From: Hormiphora californensis | Taxonomy: Eukaryota; Animalia; Ctenophora | Length of the DNA: 64,000 nt | Direction: 5' to 3' | Assembly (NCBI GenBank): GCA_020137815.1 | Contig: CM035353.1 | Coordinates: forward strand, 558,001 to 622,000 | Shown: piece after piece, positions 26,114-37,994 of the stretch | How positions within the stretch are numbered: position 1 is the stretch's first letter | Layout of the letters: the number at the start of each line of letters is the position of its first letter | Made by a program: the position numbers and the translations under genes | Notes under the pieces: model-generated | The model's input: the letters and a program-made list of their open reading frames with translations, nothing else | Told to the model about the DNA's origin: nothing | The model's database searches: none

Positions 26114-27627
26114 CTCTTGTAATTTTAAATTTTAGTTGGTATATATATCATTTAATTGAATTTTCATATCGGTCATTCAAAAACACCTGAATATTTCTGA
26201 GGAAGTTTTAACTCTCCTCGACCCAATTTGTGTCTGTCGAGAGAGTCGCTGGGGGCGCAGAGACCGTGGACCGTATTTCGCGAGTACCCTCTGGCCCTGA
26301 CCTCGTTTTGGTCCCGAAAAAGGGCGCCATGGGGAGGAAATGGTTCCCGTTATGCTAAAATCAAAATTCCGCGTGTTCTGCAATCCTCTTGGTGTCTACT
26401 TTTCAAATCATTCTGATCCCTAACATCAGTATAGTATCACTGCACCGATAAGACTGTACCAGATTACCGAAAAGTAACATTTCATAATTGGATCATCTCA
26501 ATTCACATTGCTGCATGTTATTAAATCTCATTGGAAGTATGTTGCCAGCAAAGTAACATTATTCAAATAGCATCATCGGCTGATCCCTTACCGGGGGATT
26601 TGGCGAGCATCGAGTGGCATAGAATTAGACGTGGGGCGCGAAACCAGTTATCTTGGGTTGTGTGCGCGCGAAACAGCTGTGAAATTCAGCCATGGCCAGC
26701 GAAGATTGGCCAATCTATTTGCGCATCCAGCGAAGATTGGCCAATATTGTTGAGGATTCGCGCATTAATGTTTGTAGATTGGCCAATTTTCACCATAATT
26801 GCCCGCGCGACCTTTACTAGGGAGTAGATCGGGTTTCTTAGCATACAAAATAGAAACTTTAAACTCTTTTTTAAGCTAGATCACTGTAGATCATGGATGT
26901 AGCTTGTATAACTAACTTACTGTCGAAAACATGCAAAGATTACCTGTCATTAGCTTACAATTGGGTTATCCTGCATTTTCGGAACGTGTTCGTCTCAACA
27001 CTGCGCGTCGCAGACTGTACCAAACCCGGGCGAACAAGCTAACAATAGTGCAATTACATGCGCGCGATGTACTATATCGCATGGAAGTTCACTATTGTTA
27101 GCTCGCCCACCCGGGTTAGCTCGTTCACCCGCGACGCGCAACGTTGAGACGAACACGCTCCGAAAAGAGAGCATTACCGAAAAACTTCTAAAAACTTCTA
27201 AAAACTTCTAAAAATTTCTAAAAATTTCTAAAAATTTCTAAAAATTTCCATTTACTAAAAACTTCCAAAAATTTCCATCGTCCATAAATTTCTAAAAATT
27301 TCTAAAAATTTCTAAAAATTTCCAAAAATTTCCAAAAATTTCTAAAAATTTCTAAAAATTTCCAATATAAAATTTCCATTTGCCAAAAAAGTGGGTATCA
27401 ATGGAAATTTTTAGGGTTGAACCCCCCCCCCCCTCATTTAATGTATCAAGCTCCCGAAAGCTGGATAGTTTTGACTCTTGATAGGATAAATCGAAATTTG
27501 TATATTTCCGGGTATTCTAATTAATCTATAAATTAATTAGGATACCCGGAAACATAGAATGTTCGAATAAACCCTTGTTACTTTAACAATTGAGATTTAT
27601 TCAAATCGAATTATGCATTCAGCACGG

Positions 27628-27634
27628 TATAAAA
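27628..27634 (+). promoter_or_regulatory. TATA box of the Cys-rich secreted protein gene
   Basis: TATAAAA 69 nt upstream of ATG 27697. Confidence 0.5.
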
Positions 27635-27696
27635 ATAGTCCTTCAAACCTTTCTTTAATTCCAACAGTTTGTTGTTCTAATAAGTTGTAATAAATC

Positions 27697-28344
27697 ATGA
27701 AGGGAGTTGCAGTTGTGGTATTGCTGGCTTGTTTTGTGCCTCTGGTGGTCTGTGAAGCTGATATTATTGATGATACACGGGAGGAGATCGAAAGTGAAGT
27801 ATACTTAACTAACTGCTTCGGCAGCACAAGAGATATGGATGGTTTGAGGAAACGCTACCAAGATGGTGATATGTGGGACGATGGATGCAGCTTGTGTTTT
27901 TGTTTCGAAGGCAGTAAGTCACATTTATCCCGATTAGTCAAATTGAGTCAATGGATAATAAATAGATATGTTTAAAAGCTATCTAGTATGATTAATTTAC
28001 CTCAAGGTGCGACCCTTATCACACATAACCACATTTCAGCTATCGAGTGCTATGATATGGACTGCTGTATGTTTGCGGAATCTGATGGTAGTATATCTGG
28101 TAGGGTGTTTGTTGGCGAAACATTCTACAATGGGTGCAATAGGTGCATGTGCGACAAGGGTGGTGTTCCGAGGTGTACGCCGAGAGTGTGTCACGACAAG
28201 TGCTACTACAAAAACTGGGATGGGAACTACGGATGGGCCAGTAATGGGGCTGAGGTGCATGCGTATGATGAGGAAGTTGGGTGCGATTCAAGGTGCCGTT
28301 GTATTGAGGGTGAGATGGAGTGCCATGAATGTGTTTATCAGTAG
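27697..28344 (+). CDS. Small secreted Cys-rich protein with three pacifastin/VWC-like modules (exons 27697-27913, 28040-28344)
   Basis: Signal peptide MKGVAVVVLLACFVPLVVCEA; GTAAGT donor and TTTCAG acceptor join in frame; module 2 GCNRCMCDKGGVPRCTPRVC fits the C-N-x-C-x-C-xx-G-xxx-C-T-xxx-C pacifastin pattern. Confidence 0.82.
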
Positions 28345-28430
28345 TGTAATTAATGACAGGGTGGCCCGAGCATGACAGCTATGATGTCTTTATAAATGGA
28401 CAATGTTTGGTCTGTTTTGGATATTATTAA

Positions 28431-28654
28431 AGTGAGAGTGAACCGACATAGAATTGGACAATTTTGTTGTAGGTAGTAGAGATTATTTCTCTGAGCATTT
28501 TGCTTTTTTCCCGCTTAAGATTGGCCCCTCCATCACTGAGATACTTTTGTTATGTTGGGAGCATGACGTCACACATCTATCTCTTGTATTCTCTCTGTAG
28601 AATCTCTACTACCTACAATAATCTTGTCCAATTCTGTGTCGGTCCACTCTCACT
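28431..28654. mobile_element. Kolobok-like MITE
   Basis: TTAA|AGTGAGAGTG...CACTCTCACT|TTAA, ~50-bp imperfect TIRs. Confidence 0.8.
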
Positions 28655-30599
28655 TTAAGTTTTTCTTTTCCCATTTTTTGGAGTATATTAATCAGTAGAT
28701 GTGTCTATTTTGTTCTAAGTGAGTCAGGATATTAACAATCTTGGTGTACCGCTCTGAATCTAGGCAGTGTTGGACTCATGTCAATGATTCAGCCCTGTCT
28801 GGACTGAGTGGTATACTCAAACCGTTTTTTATTATTATCATTATGTATTAAAAAAACAAAATTTCACGGGTTTTAATTATCAAATACTTTGAAATGATTC
28901 AACATCGTTTTAATTAGTGGCAATATTCGGGGGCCAAAGTACTTCTAAAGAGAAAGAACCGTATCAGTGTTCTGATGAATCTCGGATACTTCTCCTTATG
29001 TTTACCATAGATGCCAGAGAGGCCATATTTTTGATATAAGCTTTACAGCTTGAGGTCCAGCACCTCCTGGTGTGACCATCACAAACGGGATGAAGGCCAC
29101 CTCTCTGACTCGTTAGTTGGTAGTCACGTTTCTTCCGTCTTTAGTGTAGTTGATATAGAGAATTCGGATCTTTATCTCTATAGCTAGGGTGCAGTGTGAA
29201 AAAATGCAGCATTAATGCGGGAATCCGGTAGTCTTCTCCACAGCCCGATAGTACGTCACTACGAGTATCAGGTGCTGTATTGAGTATTGACACTCCGGAG
29301 TCCGGGGGTACTCATCTGGGTTAACTGGCTTCAACAATTTCTTTATTTCAACACCCTTGTATCCTGCATGGGTAATAATGCCTGCAAAGGTATCTTGTTG
29401 CGTCATAGGATAAGTAAGATACAACTCAGGGTATGGTCTGCGCCATCCTGTTTGCCACATACACATGATACATGAAACCTGTCTGCCAACTCTGATTGAG
29501 ACAGTTCTCTGTTGAAGACCTCCAAGAGTCTTGGAGGTCTTCAACAGAGAACTGTCTCAATCAGAGTTGGCGGACAGGTTACATGTATCATGTGTATGTG
29601 GCAAACAGGATAGAGTCCAAGAGCCGGACAGATAGGCCATATCCAGGTCCTGGATTCCAGGACGACTTACGACGCTCCCGTCTCCATCTTTATTCTTTAG
29701 AGAAGAAGTTCTTGTCCATTTTTGCACACTGCTTCTCTTAGCAGTTAGCTTCTTCTGCTTCTTTTATATCCTTGACACTGCAGAATGCTCAGTGCAGTCT
29801 CATCAGTCCTCTCTGCAATTGGCGATTTCTTTCTTAACTTCGTGGATTGCCTTCTTCTTCCAATTCAAGATTCAAGATATTAAACACTAAAGGCTCAGTG
29901 ACGGGCGCGATTATAATCTGGGTGCCTTGCAGCCTGTTTAGAGGTGTGCGCTACCAAAAAGAATACACTTTTATTTTCAAGACCGAATTATTTCCCTGCC
30001 CGGATGAATGCCCGAAGGGGATTCACCCGGGATGATGTTTTTAGCACGCACGTGCTAAAAAGATCATTCAGGGTTTAGAAATCAGCAGATCGCGGAGTTA
30101 ACTAAATGTCCGTCCGTCCGTCCACCGTTACACATAGTAACAAAGTCTGCTCCTTCATAAAACTTTCAGCTCACACTTTGTTGATGCAACAAAGGAAATG
30201 ATTAACATACATTGTGGCGCGCAATTACTCACTCGTAACACTTCCTACTTTCACCTGAAATCACTTTGGGTAAGTACCCTACAGCCGTACCATGACGTGG
30301 TAGCAAGTCTTCCAAGCATGAAACTACTATCACACAATAATTAATAATTGCAAGTGACTGGAGCTAAGATGAGGGTAAAGTTGAAGCTTAGTCATCAATT
30401 TTACACCCATCTGGGGCAGGGAAGCACCGCATTATGTATACATAATGCAATAATTCTTGTTTCAACCGGCTATCTAAGTGGCCTCCATATTATGGAGTCC
30501 ATAGCAACGCAACCACATGGCCAATTTGAGTAAACTAAACGGTATCTGACAGAGAATCGATAGCCCTAACCGATAACTTGAAGCTTTTTTGTAAAATCT

Positions 30600-31070
30600 T
30601 GACACAAATAAATTACAATAAATTACCCACACACCCTCAATATACTCAATCTCCCTCTCTCTGCTCACGTATCTCGAAAGTCAACATCTTCCACTCTGAC
30701 TGGGATCACACGTCTCTTGGTGCCCCTAAGCGCAACAAGTGTTGATCTCAATAAGCTGAATCGTGTCTTTTCACGGATGAAGGACATGATTTCGGCGTAA
30801 CATTCCTTGTCACAGATCTTCCTGGCCGCTCGCTCCAAAACCTTCCCTACTTCTCCGGCAAAACCTCCCGACGTGGAGAATACGAGGGGCGTGAAGGAAC
30901 CCTGCTCCACTTCTTGCACCCTTCGGGCTTCGCATATAGGCAAGTTTCTTCTGATAAAATCTTGACCGACCTGAGCTTGGCCTATGCTACAGCTAGAAGC
31001 CGTGGAAAACGTGCGCACTTGGGGCCTGCAGCGCATGCCAAGACCTGAGCGAGGGTGAGGAAAATCTGTC
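30600..31070 (-). mobile_element. 5'-truncated CRE-clade non-LTR retrotransposon (RLE C-terminus + 3' UTR)
   Basis: RRVQEVEQGSFTPLVFSTSGG...IREKTRFSLLRSTLVALRG is homologous to the C-terminus of ORF 59381-62002. Confidence 0.8.
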
Positions 31071-31330
31071 GTCATGAGCACCTTTGGCGGCATGGGAGAT
31101 GAGTTTGAGAAATTCCTCAAGAAGTTATCGAGGAGGGTTTCAGACAAGACCAAGGAACCCTATGCAGAAGTTATCAGCCACTTCAGAACAAGGCTGAGAT
31201 TCGGACTTTTGAGGGCATGTCTGATCGCCCTTAGAGGGAACAGGAGGAAGATCGTGCCCATCAATATGCACGAAGTTGAACTTTTAACGTAAAATGATGA
31301 GATTTTAGTTACTATTTATTTATTTATTTA
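31071..31330 (+). mobile_element. 5'-truncated CRE-clade fragment
   Basis: MSTFGGMGDEFEKFLKKL...FRTRLRFGLLRACLIALRGNR followed by an AT-rich tail. Confidence 0.8.
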
Positions 31331-31507
31331 TGTTTATAAGTCGCATGGGACGTGCGTGGTGTACCAGGAGTGGTGGATTGTGAAGCCACTCTTGTTGTGT
31401 CCCTCTCCCACCTTCTCCGTGTGCCAACACAACACTATACTGGTACACCCGCACAGTCGTGTTCCATTTATTTTGAAATTTTTTTTTGTCGTAAAAAAAT
31501 TTGAAAC

Positions 31508-32828
31508 AATAATAATATCAGCATTTGTATACACGCTCAGACTCCATAGAATACTAGAATCTAAAAAACCCTAGTAACACGGAGCATCAGAGCGGTTCAC
31601 CTTTGCTGCAAACCCTCAAAAATATAAAAAGTTATAATGTCTATAATAATCCAATTAAATGTCCAGTGCTCTGATGCTCAAAAAATCTGGTCACAAAACC
31701 TGGCATTTAGCAAGTATCAGTTCCACACGCACGCCCACACACTCAAATCACCAACTCCACCACCTTGCCTCCTCTGATTCCAAAGTTCTTCCCAGTTTCC
31801 GCCTCCTTCCTCGCCCTCAGCTCCACAACCAGCTTCCTCCTCTCCTCTCTCTCCTCGGGAGAACGATCAGGGGATATGAAAGTTTCACTGAAGTCTTTAG
31901 ATTTCTTCAGACTATTCTTGCACGACAGAATCCTATCTCGGAAATGCCGGCCACTCAACCGCAGCTTTACTGGTCGGTCAGTACCCTCCTTGTACCTACC
32001 GAGGCGCTCCATACCCCATACATCAGTAGTACATTCACCCATACAATCAAACAGGCGTCTGACGTCTAAATCCAAATCGTGGCTGTTTTCACTTTTACAA
32101 TCCAACAACCCATGAACAATAACATTGCTCGCCCTGTCCTCTGTCGCTACAGCAATAGCCTGACGTACCCGCTGCGGTGCTAGGGCAGTCTCACAGTTCT
32201 TCTGAAGAACATTAGCAAATGATTTCATCTCCTTCTCAGCGGTAGTCTGCACAGCACTAATTTCACCGTCTCTTTTCTCCAACAGTTCACACTGTAGCTT
32301 AACTAAGCGGTCCTGTGCTTCAACTAACAAACGCTGTGCGGTGATCAGTTCCTCTTGGCAGTTGATTATTCTCCTTTCACACTCCTCAGTTTCAATAGAC
32401 AGCTTATCAATCGCCGGGTAACACCGTTCAACCAGCAAGCGACACGCCTTCTCTGCAAACTCAGCAAGTTCAGGTTTTCCCACTCCCTTGATCTTACTCT
32501 TACTAGGACACTTCAGATTGTCCCAGAAACAGGAAGCTGAACTAGCAGACCATTTCTTGGGGAAAGAATCTGCCTCCTTCACATGAACAAACAGTTCTCG
32601 CACTAGGTCCACAACTTCACTCTGAACCTCACGGTATACCACCTTTGTCACTCTTTCATCACTGTTCACTCTGAGTCGGTTTGAAAAGCTGTTTCCAGAA
32701 GCAGTACTACCACTCATGACAAGTGAGCACGAGGTGAGCACAGGGTGCCACAATTGGAGAGATGCTTGCTAACTTTACTGATAAGGGAGCTCACAAAAAC
32801 GGCACAAAAGCTGCAACGAGATTTAAAT
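31508..32828 (-). mobile_element. ORF1-only non-autonomous LINE with L2-type 3' end (ORF 31743-32753)
   Basis: Intact ORF with coiled coil plus ORF1 RRM/CTD motifs (NVIVHGL, RLG...RPVKL, FISPDRSPEEREERRKL); ~230 nt after the stop comes GAACCGCTCTGA...GAGCGTGTATACAAAT...(ATT)3; no ORF2. Confidence 0.78.
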
Positions 32829-32842
32829 AAAGTGATTGGGAA

Positions 32843-33393
32843 GCGGGTGGCGGCCAACATCGGCCTGAATATAAATAGTGTAGACACTTAACAATGATAA
32901 AAACTGTAATAAATTAAATAAAAAATGAGTCTATTACCCCACTTGATATAGCTGCTCGTCCCTGTTGCCCTCGCCCCTCAATCTACCCCGATGCCCCCTG
33001 ATGGAAACAGTTATTGATCGCACCATGGCGAAAGATAGTCTGAGTCGAAGATAACGGATGCATTGGTCGTAGGAGTATCCCGTTTTCTTAGCTTTCTTAT
33101 CGGCTAGCTGTTTCAGTGTCTTTTTGAATTCTCGACCGAGACCCCCCGTCGTGGACATTACCAGAGGTGTAAATGACGATTTTTCTACTTCAATGACCCG
33201 ATGAAGGTAGCCAGTCTTTTTCTCCCTCTCATGTTTTTCATACACTTTAGAGATTGCCTGGTTAGAGTTAGATGCCACCCTAGGATTAAATACCCTCACA
33301 TCAAAATAGGTGTTATCCATGCTAGACCAGAAATCACGTGTACTTATATCTAGGCGAGCTCCATCCGCCGTAATAGTTCCCTCTGGGAGACTC
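32843..33393 (-). mobile_element. 5'-truncated CRE-clade fragment (RLE domain) between 14-bp direct repeats
   Basis: DGARLDIS..FW..YFDVRVFNP..HEREKK..Y..RVIEVEK..FTPLVMSTTGG; AAAGTGATTGGGAA at 32829-32842 and 33394-33407. Confidence 0.85.
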
Positions 33394-34723
33394 AAAGTGA
33401 TTGGGAATAAATAAAAATGCGTCGCAACGCGCGACACAAATGATTAAAACGCTGCCAAAAATCAACTTTCTTAATAAGCCGCGCGCTGAAAATTATGTCG
33501 TCCGAACCGGAAAACGTTAAAATCTGGGTGCCTTTCATTGCTTTGAAAAGCGCTGCCTTATCCCGCGCTATCGGGGGCCAGCAACGTTTGCCAATTCATT
33601 GCCAATTCATTGCTAACAATTCGTAGTTTTGGCGCGCGCGACGGGTTAGGGCTATCCGTTAGGGTCTGGTTAGGGTTTGGTTTGGGGTTACCGGTTAGGG
33701 CTATCGATTCTCTAACTGATACCGTTTAGTTTACACAAATCGGCCATGTGGTTCCATGGCTATAGCCGTTTGAAAAAAGTCGGTCTAAGTATACTCTTTT
33801 GGCAGCACGCACCTGTAAACAGGCTGCAAGGCACCCAGATTATAATCGCGCCCGTCCGAACCGGCTAGCGTTAAAATCTGGGTGTTTTGGGAGTGCTGAC
33901 AAACGGTTTTTTAGGGTTAGGGCTAAAGTAGGGTTAGGGTTAGGGTTGGGGTTTGGGTTGGGGTTAGGCCTTGACATACCCTACCAGATAAACTTTGAAT
34001 CAGCCAAAACGGTTGAGTGGTTTGGCGGTTAGAGCTTTTTTGGCAGCGCGCACCTGTAAACACCCAGATCGTAACGGCGCATGTCCGAACCGCGGTTTTT
34101 TTATAGTCGGATTTTTGTGGAAAACGTTAGGGTCTGGTTAGGGTTTGGTTTGGGGTTATCGGTTAGGACTATCGATTCTCTATCAGTTACCGTTTAGTTT
34201 GCTCAAATTGTTTGAAAAAATTCGGTCTAAGTGTACTCTTTTGGTAGCGCGCACCTGTAAAAAGGCTGCAAGGCACCCAGATTATAATTGCGCCCGATTT
34301 TTGTCACCCCAAAATGACCGTGAATGTGAAATTGATCAATTTTGACGCGCACACCACACGTTAACATGTGATGTGATGCGCAAAAACATTCCGTGCACGA
34401 AAAGGGGGTTGACAACTTCAAAAAAGCCGACTTTTATACACAGCGTTTACACCAGAGCGAAATTTCTGATGATGGAAAATTTAAGCCAATCACAGCGCAG
34501 ATTTCGAAATTTTTCTTCCCACAATCGGGGCAAAATAAAGTCCATTTTTTTCAACTGTTCACCCAGAAACTGAAATTTAATAAAAATTAGAATTTGTGTG
34601 GCGCGCGCTACACGTTAACATGTGATAAACGCGCTAAACAATTCCGCACACGACTTTGGGGGGTGAACAGTTGAAAAAAATGGAGTATAGGCCGTTAATT
34701 TTTATTATATCCGGGGAAATATA

Positions 34724-34809
34724 CAGTCGGACCCCGAATTTAGCGGAAACCCCGATTTAACGGGCAAAACCCTTTGCCCCGAGGGTGCCGTTAAATCGGG
34801 TTCCGACTG
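34724..34809. mobile_element. Tc1/mariner-type MITE (short CAGTCGGACCCC copy)
   Basis: Same TIRs as 6265-6435; further copies 35282-35537, 42021-42160, ~42978-43282, ~48747-48815. Confidence 0.8.
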
Positions 34810-34967
34810 TTAACTGTAATAAGATAAGGTATGATTTTCAGAAACAATGCAATGTATTTTGCACCCCCATCATGGGGGGTGGGGGTATGGGGGCCATGAC
34901 CCCCCTCCTCTCCCCGATAGATCCACCCATGGGTTGTTAGATCAGAGTTCAACAAATCACACACAGT

Positions 34968-35871
34968 TCAATATCCAAGAATAAGATCAATTTTAAGATA
35001 TTCCCACTGTCCACTATGGAATGCATAGTTATATGCGCACATAGCCTGGTAGAATATCACAAAGTAGACAAATATCACACTTATTTGATTTATTATTGCT
35101 TTCCTGCATCTGCTAAGCTTTTCCTCCGCTTTGTCTGTTGCCCGATCTGAAAAATACATCCATGGTAGGTTATTGTACAAACATTTGATCTCGCACTTTT
35201 TTCCCTCCGCCCTCGTTAGAAGATAAAACAAGCAATCACATATATCGATACTCGATTACAAAAGAGATGATAAACATTTATCAGTCAGACCCCGATTTAT
35301 CGGAATGCTCGGGGAAAGGGTTTTGCCCGGTAAATCGAGGTGCCCGGTATATCGGGGTCAAATACCGTTAATTTTCTCCTTCGGGGGAAGTTTATCCTCC
35401 CGGTAAATGATTAACTAAATCGGGGTTCCGATGGGGTCAAAACGTGCGTTTTTCCGGTTAGGCTCGCAAAAATAAGTTTATCCTCCCGGTAAATCGGGTT
35501 CCGGTAAATCGGGGCCCGGTAAATCGGGGTCTGACTGTAATTGTTTCCTCATCTATTACCCTGAAATTTGGCGAACATACGGTCCAGATGGGGGGAAGGT
35601 AGGTCGTGTGAGGTACACTCCGTCTCAAACAAGTCATGTATCGTGTCTGCCATATTCTAATATCATCAGGAGAGGAGGTTTGTGAGGAGGTTGGTGAGGA
35701 GGTTGGTGAGGAGGTTTGTGAGGAGGTTGGTGAGGAGGTTGGTGAGGAGGGACTCTCTCCAAGAGAGTCGCAATGGGGAGGCAAGGTTTGACTATAATCA
35801 GTCATTAGTGAAATCTTGCGCCTCGCTTTTTCCCCTTTGTTCCACCTGCTAATAGTGAAAATAATTTCCAA
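34968..35871 (-). CDS. Possible unknown gene (candidate exons ~35560-35870 with SSPT repeats and ~34968-35210 with a hydrophobic segment)
   Basis: Two same-strand ORFs separated by a MITE-containing gap with a plausible donor; no recognisable homology. Confidence 0.25.
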
Positions 35872-36624
35872 TGACGTTTCCTCTTGAAAAGCATCTACCA
35901 GTTAGATTTAGAAGTTTGTATCCTGGTAGAGTGCTCGATCCGGGGATGCGGAGAGCTGAACTATTGTGACAAGTGAAACAAGGTTTTACAAAATCAACAA
36001 ATGTTTGTTGATTTTGTAAAACCTTGTTTCACTTGTCACAATAGAAAAGCATCTACCAAAAGGTGCAGACTGCAAAGCGAGCCGTGATCAGGCATGAATA
36101 TAAGCTATGTAAAGGTATAACGACGAAATAATACAGCTGTATTTAGGACGCAACACATGGTAATTGAATCCCTGACGGGAAACCAATCATCAGGCGACGA
36201 ATGTGAAGGTATAGATAGCTGAACTGAAATAACCGAAGAATCAATGTCCATGTGCTGCTATTTTAGCTGCACAATTATCATCAAATAATCCATCTCGATA
36301 ATTGTGGCTAAGATGATAATTGTGGCTAAGCGATCTCGCCGCTAAGACCACATTAATTCTAATGTGTACTAGTACATAATGCGAAAATCGAAAGTAGAGT
36401 GATGATAGGCGATAAGTCAAAATTAGGCTAATTATTCGCAAAAATCGAAGCGTAATACATAATCGGTTAAGCCTTTACCGCAACCAACCAGAACCACACA
36501 ATTGAAACTATGTCAGTATAGGCAGGTCGGAAGAATCTCGACACCGAAATATATATGTATTTCAAATAAACTGGGACATATACAGAGAGTTAATGTAAGT
36601 GCACTTTGCAGGTGTCAGACGTTA

Positions 36625-37393
36625 TAACGGGTGACAACTAAAAATCTGGACAATTTTCTGTGAGCTCTAGCGCTGGCCCCGTTTGAGATACAGCGTCAGG
36701 CCAGCTATAGAACGATTCTCCAGACAATTTTGAATCAGAATAACAGAGCGGGAAAGACTAAAAAGTTCCTTTTCATTGCGATATCGCAAAACTTCCTCTT
36801 GCCCCACTAAAGCATGTAGTACGTGAAATTTACACACTTTTCTAGCACCTCTAGCGCCTGTTCTTTTTGAGATACAGCTTCGGGGCAGCGATAGAATGAT
36901 GTTTCAGACAATTTTGAACGAAATCAACTTTGTTTCACACTCCGTTAATCTCAATTCTGATCACAGAATCATCTGTAACAAACCCTCCAAAGCGTAGTTT
37001 ACAGGTAATTTGAGAAATCGCCTTTTTGACGATCTCTCGAAACATTTATGACGTGGAAAACCCACTTCCTGGTGAGCTAAAATGTTGAAAATTGGCAGTT
37101 ATATTGGTTATGGCATGAACAACCATTCTTTAAAATTTGAGAATTTTATTTCATTGGGAAGGTCGTTTCTGATCACATAGAAATCTCAAATATCCGTACT
37201 ACATGCTTTGGTGGGGCAAGAGGAAGTGATGCGATATCCCAATGAAAATCAACTTTTTAGTCTTTCCCGTTGTGTTATTCTGATTCAAAATTGTCTGAAA
37301 AATCGTTCCATCACTGGCCCGAAGCTGTATCTCAAACGGGTTCGGCACTAGAGCTCACAGAAAAAAGTCCAGATTTTTAGTTGTCACCCGTTA
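36625..37393. mobile_element. Mariner-type MITE with long imperfect TIRs
   Basis: TA|TAACGGGTGACAACTAAAAATCTGGAC...GTCCAGATTTTTAGTTGTCACCCGTTA|TA. Confidence 0.85.
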
Positions 37394-37994
37394 TATTGCT
37401 GATACGATACAATAGTTAGATAGTACCTATCTACTAAATACTTAGATGTGTATAACTGTGCTCCATATCACATATAACTCCAACGAATGTCTGTTTAACA
37501 TCAGAATAATGCGTTGTATTGTTGATTCTCATGTGGAATTGACAATACCACGTGAAAATTCACATTACAATAAAATGACCGCCCGCCAAGCGCCGCCCAC
37601 GACGCGGTCCACGACGTTCAAGACGTACACGTACAAACTAGAAAAGAGCAATCATTGTTAGCGGACTGTGCGTTGTTGGCGACGCGTTATGTGGACTTCG
37701 CCCCCCCCCCCCCCCCCCGCCCGGACCCGGCTGGAGGCGTCAGGCGGCCACCAGTCCCCCAGACCGTTAAGGCTTGTGCTCCCTACGGCACCGCTTCGCG
37801 GCACTTCCGTTCGGGTCTATGGGCCAATTTTGGGGAAATTATGTTGCCCTTTCTGACCAACCAAAAGTTCATTTTTGGCAACTATTCGACCTGGGGCGGT
37901 CAATACGATGGAGCACCACTGTAATTGAGATCTGTCTGGTACTGCAAATTGCACTAGCTGCTAACATAGAGATCATGTCCTTAGAAGGTGAAAC

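Larger units (their letters stand above)
22657..26822. mobile_element. EnSpm/CMC-like non-autonomous element nested in B
   Basis: AG|CCCTAGTAAAGGTCGCGCGGGC ... GCCCGCGCGACCTTTACTAGGG|AG; ~125-bp TIRs, CCC termini, 2-bp TSD; another end of this family at ~7860-7950. Confidence 0.8.
20148..27433. mobile_element. Foldback/MULE-like element B with poly-G termini and 10-bp tandem subterminal arrays
   Basis: G-run-TTCAACC(C)TAAAAATTTCCATT TIRs; (AATTTCTAAA/AATTTCCAAA)n arrays; duplicated TCATTT at the junctions. Confidence 0.8.
18993..27607. mobile_element. Foldback element A; right TIR interrupted by element B
   Basis: Left arm 18993-19240 is the reverse complement of 20070-20147 joined to 27434-27607. 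Confidence 0.85.
29901..34296. mobile_element. Foldback-like element with modular arms containing GGGTTA repeats, hosting several retroelement insertions
   Basis: 29901-29990 is the reverse complement of 33775-33855 and 34210-34296; 30500-30576 is the reverse complement of 33688-33765. Confidence 0.65.

Noticed and set aside
29770-29812. Minus-strand CTGATGAG + stem resembling a hammerhead ribozyme
   Set aside because: Stem is not followed by GAAA; catalytic core incomplete.
32865-32885. Possible SL relic at the 5' end of the ORF1-only element
   Set aside because: Only ~10 nt of AT-rich similarity; could equally be CRE 3' UTR.
33910-33968. TTAGGG repeats as a telomere or fusion site
   Set aside because: Short, degenerate and part of the repeated arm module of a TE.
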